DNA from: Alphaproteobacteria bacterium
GTDB lineage: Bacteria > Pseudomonadota > Alphaproteobacteria > CALKHQ01
DNA length: 64,000 nucleotides
Reading direction: 5' to 3'
NCBI GenBank assembly: GCA_965227515.1
Contig: CBDDFZ010000002.1
Span: 832,001 to 896,000, forward strand
The notes beneath the pieces are model-generated. The model was not told where the DNA came from and searched no databases. It saw nothing but the letters and a program-made list of their open reading frames with translations. The translations under genes were made by a program, and so were the position numbers. Position 1 is the first letter of the stretch; each line of letters opens with the position of its first letter. Positions 58,418 through 64,000 of the stretch are shown in pieces.

Positions 58418-59053
58418 TCAGCGCCCCTGGCCGTCTTGCGGGGCGCGCGGGGAATCCAGGGCGGAAGCGTTGGTGAGGTCGGCCTCGACGACATCCTCCT
58501 CGGCTTCATGGCTCGCCGTAATGGCTTGGCGCTTGCCGCGGATGATCGCGATCATCGCCACGAACACGGTCACCGTGAAATAGGCGTAGCACAGCGTCAT
58601 GAAGCTGTAGGTGAACCAGTGCGGGATATCGAGTTCCTCGGTGCCCACGGTCAGCAGGAACTCGCTCGATGTGAACCGCAGCACGATCTCGATGCCGACC
58701 CAGACGAAGGCGAGGCCGTAGATCAGCGTGATGACCACGCCAATCAGCGTCAGCCCCTTCTTTGTGCGCGGCTGAAACAGGTTGACGAAGACGTCGATGC
58801 CGATGTGCAGGCCCTTGCGCAGCACATAGGCCATGCCGAACATGATCAGGTAGAGGAAGACGTTGAGCGTCAGCTCCAACGCCCAGCCGAAACTGGCGGC
58901 GAAGAATTCGCGCGCGATGTAATTGACGAACGCGATCATCGTCATCGCCAGCAGCAGATAGGCGATGAGCGTTTCCTCGAACCAAGTCAGCACACGACCC
59001 AGCCGCGCCAGTCCGCTGCCGCCCGCTTGGGCCGGGGTGTCAGGGCTCATCAT
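58418..59053 (-). CDS. dctQ: TRAP transporter small permease
   Basis: 4 TM; WALEL, HIGIDV; lies between dctP and dctM. Confidence 0.92.
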   Translation of the reverse strand: MMSPDTPAQAGGSGLARLGRVLTWFEETLIAYLLLAMTMIAFVNYIAREFFAASFGWALELTLNVFLYLIMFGMAYVLRKGLHIGIDVFVNLFQPRTKKGLTLIGVVITLIYGLAFVWVGIEIVLRFTSSEFLLTVGTEELDIPHWFTYSFMTLCYAYFTVTVFVAMIAIIRGKRQAITASHEAEEDVVEADLTNASALDSPRAPQDGQGR

Positions 59054-59135
59054 GTCGGGATCGCCGGATCAGGCGATGGCGGAGGCGTCGTCCGACCCGC
59101 GGCCGGACGGACGCCCCCGAGATTTCAGTGCCTGA

Positions 59136-60125
59136 TCAACTGCCGCTGGACGCGGCGGCCTCGATAAGGTCCGCGCCGATCTGGTCGGTGAACTGATCCC
59201 ACACCGGCTTCATGGCATCGATCCAGGCCTGGCGCTGCTCGCTGGTGAGCTGGCGGATCTCGGTACGCTCGGCCACGATGGCATCGCGGGCATCCTGGTT
59301 GATCTGCTCGGCCTCGCCGTTCTTCTGCGCGGTCACTTCGGTCAGGATGCGCTCCAGGTCCGCGCGGATGTCGTCCGGCAGGCCGTCCCAGAACTCGACC
59401 GAGGTCACCACCATATAGTCGATGACGCCGTGGTTGGTCTCGGTGATGCCGTCCTGCACCTCATAGAACTTCTGGGTGTAGATGTTGGCCCAGGTGTTCT
59501 CCTGGCCGTCGACAACGCCGGTCTGCAGGGCGCCGTAGACCTCGGAGAACGCCATCTTCTGCGGCGAGGCGCCAAGCGCGTTGAACTGCGCTTCCAGCAC
59601 GTCCGACGTCTGGATGCGGAACTTCAGCCCCTCGGCATCGGTCGGCAGCAGCAGCGGCACGTTGGCCGACATCTGCTTCATGCCATTGTGCCAGAAGGTC
59701 AGGCCATAGAGCCCGTTCTCGTTCATCGCGTTCAGCAGTTCCTGGCCCGCGTCCGACTGCTGGAAGGCGTCGACGGCGGACAGGTCGGCGAACAGGAACG
59801 GCAGGTCGAAGATGCGGTATTGCAGCGTGAACTGCTCGAACTTCGACAGCGAGGGCGCGGCCATCTCGACATCGCCCAGCAACAGCGCTTCCAGCACCTG
59901 GTCGTCGTTGTAGAGCTGCGAGTTCGGGAACACCTCGACCCGGACCTCGCCGGCCAGCTCCTCATTCACCCGCTGGGCGAACAGGGCCGCGGCCTCACCC
60001 TTCGGGTGCCCGGACTCGGACACGACATGGGCGAAGCGGATGACGATTTCCGCGCTGGCGGTGCTGATGGTGGCGCCACCGGCCATGGCGAGCGCGATGG
60101 CCGAAACGGCAATTTTCCGTAGCAT
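59136..60125 (-). CDS. dctP: TRAP C4-dicarboxylate-binding protein
   Basis: HPKG, EVFPNSQL, FDLPFLF, GLKFRIQ, EVYGALQTGVVDGQEN. Confidence 0.95.
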   Translation of the reverse strand: MLRKIAVSAIALAMAGGATISTASAEIVIRFAHVVSESGHPKGEAAALFAQRVNEELAGEVRVEVFPNSQLYNDDQVLEALLLGDVEMAAPSLSKFEQFTLQYRIFDLPFLFADLSAVDAFQQSDAGQELLNAMNENGLYGLTFWHNGMKQMSANVPLLLPTDAEGLKFRIQTSDVLEAQFNALGASPQKMAFSEVYGALQTGVVDGQENTWANIYTQKFYEVQDGITETNHGVIDYMVVTSVEFWDGLPDDIRADLERILTEVTAQKNGEAEQINQDARDAIVAERTEIRQLTSEQRQAWIDAMKPVWDQFTDQIGADLIEAAASSGS

Positions 60126-60234
60126 TGAATCCTCCCAAGAACTTTTGATTGCGGGAAGATTAGGGGAATTCGCTGCCGAAGGGAACTGCCGGTATCACGT
60201 TTGTCATCAAGCGGTTGCAACACGGCGCGGCGCA

Positions 60235-60270
60235 ACGAAAAACCCCGGAGCCGAGGCCCCGGGGTTTCGT
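60235..60270 (-). terminator. rho-independent terminator after the yccA-like gene
   Basis: acgaaa-aaccccgg/ccggggtttcgt hairpin with a T-run on the minus strand. Confidence 0.75.
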
Positions 60271-60291
60271 CATTCAGCGACAGGCGCCGGC

Positions 60292-61026
60292 CTATTCGCG
60301 GGCCAGGGCCATCAGGTACAGGATGTTGCGGAACATCACGATGAAGTCGATGTAGAGGATCAGCGCGCCGAAGATCGCCTTCTTGGAGGCATCGCCGGCG
60401 GCATCGCCCTCGTAGTACGACTCCTTGATCTTCTGGGTGTCGAACGCCGTCAGGCCGGCGAAGATCAGCACCGAGGCGATCGAGATGATGAACATCAGCC
60501 CGGTCGACGCCAGGAAGATGTTGACCACGCTGGCCAGGATCAGGCCGATCACGCCCATCATCAGGAAGCTGCCGAGCCCGGTCAGGTCGCGCTTCGTGGT
60601 GTAGCCGACGATGCTCATGCCAGCGAACATGCCCGCGGTGATGAAGAACGCGCGGAAGATTTCAGCCGGCAGGAAGAAGGTGAAGATCATCGCGAAGCTG
60701 ACGCCGTTCAGCCCCGCATACGCCCAGAACATGGCGTGCGCCATGGTCGGCGACATCCGGTTGAAGCCGAACATGAAGATCAGCACCGGCGCCAGCGGGG
60801 CAAGCATCGCAATCCAGCCCAGCCCGGTCGGGGCCATCGTTGCCGGATTGAAGAACAGGCCCAGCGCGGCCTCGGACGTCGAGATGAAAAACGCCAGGGC
60901 GCCGGTCAGCGCCAGGCCCAGGCACATGTAGTTGTACACGCGCAACATATAGGCCCGTAGCCCAGCATCGACGCCGGCCTGGTCCTGCGTGCGCGATAGG
61001 AACTGGCTTTCGAAACGAGACGCCAT
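60292..61026 (-). CDS. Bax inhibitor-1/YccA family membrane protein
   Basis: DAGLRAYMLRVYNYM, GYTTKRDL, LTAFDTQKIKE, GALILYIDF. Confidence 0.93.
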   Translation of the reverse strand: MASRFESQFLSRTQDQAGVDAGLRAYMLRVYNYMCLGLALTGALAFFISTSEAALGLFFNPATMAPTGLGWIAMLAPLAPVLIFMFGFNRMSPTMAHAMFWAYAGLNGVSFAMIFTFFLPAEIFRAFFITAGMFAGMSIVGYTTKRDLTGLGSFLMMGVIGLILASVVNIFLASTGLMFIISIASVLIFAGLTAFDTQKIKESYYEGDAAGDASKKAIFGALILYIDFIVMFRNILYLMALARE

Positions 61027-61168
61027 CTACGATCCCTCACGTTTTGGCACGTTCAATTCCGTCCGCCACGGCGGACGCGTCCCTCGAAATATTGTGTGCG
61101 AGCCCGGGAAATTCAAGACATTTCCGGAATTGTATCGGCCCGAAACGGCTCGCGCATCGTCAGCGTAT

Positions 61169-63697
61169 TCAAGGGTGTCGCAGAATTGGGGCCGCTTTTT
61201 GGCCGAGCGCGCGCCAGGTTCCGATAAATCCTAACGCAAGCGTGATCGCCAGGCTGATCGCCACCGTCATCACGACGGTCTCCGGCAGGAACGCCCAATC
61301 CATCTGCATGACGAACGCGACCACGACATAGGCCGCCAGCGTGCCGATGGCCGCCGCGATGACGGCGGTGGCGACCCCCAGCAGGCCGAATTCGATCAGG
61401 AAGGCCCGGGTGATGATGGCGCGGGTGGCGCCCAGCACCTTCAGGACCACGGAGTCGTAAACCCGGCGACGGTGCCCGGCGGCGACGGCGCCGGCCAGCA
61501 CCACGGTTCCCGCGATCAGCGTGACAGCCCCGGTCAGGGTCACCGCGAGCCCGATCTTCGACAGGATGTCATTGGCGGTGTCCAGCGCGTCGCGCACGTT
61601 GATCGCCGACACGTTGGGGAAGGCATCGGTGACCGCGCGCTCCAGCGCCAGTTCGGCCTCCGGCTCGGCCTGGGCGGTGGCGAGCTGGGTGTGCGGGGCC
61701 GCCTCCAGCGCGCCGGGCGCGAAGATGATGGTGAAGTTGATCTGCATCGTGCCCCAGTCGATGCGGCGCAGATTGGCGATCTCCGCCGTCACCTCCCGGC
61801 CGAGCACATTGATGGTCAGGGTGTCGCCGACCTGGATGCCGAAGCCGGCGGCGAGATCGGCCGAGAAGGAGATCAGCGGCGGGCCGCTGTAGTCCGCCGG
61901 CCACCATTGGCCGGAGACGATCTCGGCGTTGTCGGGCAGGTCGGTGGCATAGGTCAGCCCACGCTCGGAGCGCAACGCCCAGGCGGCGTCGGGGTCGACC
62001 ACCACGTTCTCCACCGGCTCGCCATTGATGGCGACGATGCGGCCGCGCAGCATCGGCACCCGGTCGACCTCGCCGGTGCCGGGCACGCCGGCGGTGACGA
62101 TGTCGAACTGCTCGGCCTGGTCGGGCTGGATGTCGATGAAGAAATAGGCCGGTGCCTGGTCTGGAATGTTCTCCTGCACCGCGCGGCGCATGTTCCCCTC
62201 GATCAGCGCGACAGTGACGAGCACGGTGAGCCCGAGCCCCAGCGACAGCACGACAGAGGGCGTCGGCGCGCCGGGCCGGTAGACGTTGGAAAGACCCAGC
62301 CGCAGGTCGCTGCGCCGCGGCCGGCCGACCTTGCGGGCCAGCCACATCAACAGCGTGGCGGCGAACCGGAATGCCAGCAGCGTCACCACCGCGCCGGCCA
62401 CGAAGATGGCGGCGAGCATGCGATCCTCGGCAGCGAGGATGGCGACGGCCGCCAATGCCATTGCCGCCACAGCGTTGCCGACAACGTACGGCCAGCTCGG
62501 CCAGCGCCGGTTGGGGGCCACGATGTCGCGGAACAGGCGGGCCGGCGGCACCTCGCGGGCGCGCGCCAGCGGCCAGATGGTGAAGGTGAGCGCGGTCAGC
62601 AGGCCGAACACGGCGGCCACCGCCAGCGGCAGCGGATAGATGCCGAAGCGGGCATCGACGCCGATCTGCTCGGCCAGCAGGCTCATCACGGCAAGTGGCG
62701 CGACGGCGCCCAATACCAGCCCGATGACGGTGCCGACCGCCGCGATCAGCATGATCTGGATCAGGTAGGTGGCGAACACCGTGCGGTTGCGCGCGCCGAC
62801 GCATTTCAGGGTCGCAATCGTGGTGCCCTTGGCGTCGAGATAGGCGCGCACCCCGTTCGCCACGCCCACGCCGCCGACCAGCAGCGCGGTCAGCCCGACC
62901 AGGGTCAGGAACGCGGCCAGCCGGCCGACGAACTCGCGCAGGCCCTGCGCACCCTCGGAGAAGTCGCGCACCCGCCAGGCGGCGTCGGGGAATGCCGCCC
63001 CCAGATCCTCGCGGAACCCCTGGACGTCCGCGCCCTCCGGCAGGGTCAGCTTGTAGTAGTGGTAGATCAGGCTGCCGGTCTGGACCAGGCCGGTCGCCTC
63101 CAGGTCCCCGTCCGCGATGATCACCCGTGGACCGAGGGTCAAGAGGCCGCCGCCGCCCAGCCTGTCTGGCTCGGCCAGCAGTTCGGCCACGACCACGAAC
63201 GTTCCGTCGCCGATTTGGATACGGTCGCCGACGCCAAGTCCCAGGCGGCGCAGCGCGGCACCGTCCACGATCGCGGCCGGCAGGCCGTCGACCGGCGCGA
63301 ACCATTCGGCGCGCGGGATGGCCGGTTCCATGTCGACGGCGCCGAAGACCGGGTAGAGGTCGTCGACCGCCTTCAGCGAGATCAGGGTCTGGTCCGGGTT
63401 CTCCACGTCGACAAGGCGGGCCATGGCGCGCATCTCGCGATAGGCGGACACCGTGCCGCCCTCGTCCATGAACGCGCGCTGCGCCTCGGTGATGGGGGTA
63501 TAGAGCTGGCGCACCTCCAGGTCCCCGCCCAGCAGCTGGCGGGCGTCCTCCTGCAGGCCGGTGGTGATCGCCGACGACAGCGATCCCACGGCGGCAATCG
63601 CCGCCACGCCCAGGGCCAGGCAGATCAGAAAGACGCGGAAGCCGCCCAGGCCGCCGCGCAGCTCCCGCCGTGCCAGCCGCCATGCCACCATGTTCAT
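61169..63697 (-). CDS. ABC transporter permease, FtsX/YbbP-like
   Basis: RELRGGL.GFRVFLICLALGVAAIAAVGS, LLGGD, LKCVGA, YFFIDIQ, LKVLGA. Confidence 0.92.
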   Translation of the reverse strand: MNMVAWRLARRELRGGLGGFRVFLICLALGVAAIAAVGSLSSAITTGLQEDARQLLGGDLEVRQLYTPITEAQRAFMDEGGTVSAYREMRAMARLVDVENPDQTLISLKAVDDLYPVFGAVDMEPAIPRAEWFAPVDGLPAAIVDGAALRRLGLGVGDRIQIGDGTFVVVAELLAEPDRLGGGGLLTLGPRVIIADGDLEATGLVQTGSLIYHYYKLTLPEGADVQGFREDLGAAFPDAAWRVRDFSEGAQGLREFVGRLAAFLTLVGLTALLVGGVGVANGVRAYLDAKGTTIATLKCVGARNRTVFATYLIQIMLIAAVGTVIGLVLGAVAPLAVMSLLAEQIGVDARFGIYPLPLAVAAVFGLLTALTFTIWPLARAREVPPARLFRDIVAPNRRWPSWPYVVGNAVAAMALAAVAILAAEDRMLAAIFVAGAVVTLLAFRFAATLLMWLARKVGRPRRSDLRLGLSNVYRPGAPTPSVVLSLGLGLTVLVTVALIEGNMRRAVQENIPDQAPAYFFIDIQPDQAEQFDIVTAGVPGTGEVDRVPMLRGRIVAINGEPVENVVVDPDAAWALRSERGLTYATDLPDNAEIVSGQWWPADYSGPPLISFSADLAAGFGIQVGDTLTINVLGREVTAEIANLRRIDWGTMQINFTIIFAPGALEAAPHTQLATAQAEPEAELALERAVTDAFPNVSAINVRDALDTANDILSKIGLAVTLTGAVTLIAGTVVLAGAVAAGHRRRVYDSVVLKVLGATRAIITRAFLIEFGLLGVATAVIAAAIGTLAAYVVVAFVMQMDWAFLPETVVMTVAISLAITLALGFIGTWRALGQKAAPILRHP

Positions 63698-63701
63698 GGG
63701 C

Positions 63702-64000
63702 TCAGGCTCCTACGGCCTGGATCGGCGGGGTCGCGGCCGCCGCGCCATCATCGTCTGCAATCTTGCCGTCGGCGAGCCGGATGTGGCGCTGGCAGCGGTC
63801 GGCCAGCGCCGGGTCGTGGGTGATCAGCACCAGCGTGGTGTCGCCGCTGCCCGACAGCTCGAACAGCAGGTCCATCACCGCCTCGCCGGTCTGGCCGTCC
63901 AGGTTGCCGGTGGGCTCGTCGGCCAGCAGCAGGGCCGGCCCGGTCGCGACCGCGCGGGCCAGAGCCACGCGCTGCTGCTCGCCGCCGGAGAGCTGGCCGG
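63702..64000 (-). CDS. ABC transporter ATP-binding protein, YbbA-like (C-terminal part; runs off window end)
   Basis: QLSGGEQQRVALARA, LLADEPTGNLD, ITHD. Confidence 0.92.
   Translation of the reverse strand, partial: GQLSGGEQQRVALARAVATGPALLLADEPTGNLDGQTGEAVMDLLFELSGSGDTTLVLITHDPALADRCQRHIRLADGKIADDDGAAAATPPIQAVGA

Noticed and set aside
61472-63823. 783-aa plus-strand and 704-aa alternative-frame ORFs
   Set aside because: Shadows of the ABC permease; Arg/Gly/Ala-rich composition with no motifs

Overview
High-GC chromosomal window, most likely from an alphaproteobacterium (Rhodospirillales-like by inference from rcdA, ROSE-ibpA, CtrA-like boxes, the ihfB-lapA and priA/fsa/DUF484 synteny, and RPE-like palindromes). 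Many secreted proteins are very acidic, which suggests a saline habitat. Housekeeping genes are mobA (partial), ibpA, rcdA, ihfB, rpmI-rplT-pheS-pheT, priA, fsa, cydAB, dctPQM, yccA and a YbbAP-like ABC transporter. They are interspersed with accessory envelope and signalling genes. I saw no rRNA, tRNA, CRISPR array, integrase or transposase. The best candidates for undescribed systems are: (1) a LapG-like C93 protease translationally coupled to a two-TM periplasmic receptor-like protein that has no cytoplasmic output domain, with a second LapG-like gene behind a perfect CtrA box next to an orphan TpsB, a Sel1-PG protein and an Flp pilin; (2) a cluster of three secreted Cys-x3-Cys proteins plus SCO, a possible copper-handling module; (3) a secreted Cys-to-Ser pseudo-caspase divergently paired with a repeat peptidoglycan-binding protein; (4) a 2.4 kb cassette (AraC-TPR regulator plus HExxH protein) flanked by a 54-bp direct repeat of the 3' end of the small cyd-operon gene. 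Family names come from motif recognition only; no database search was run.
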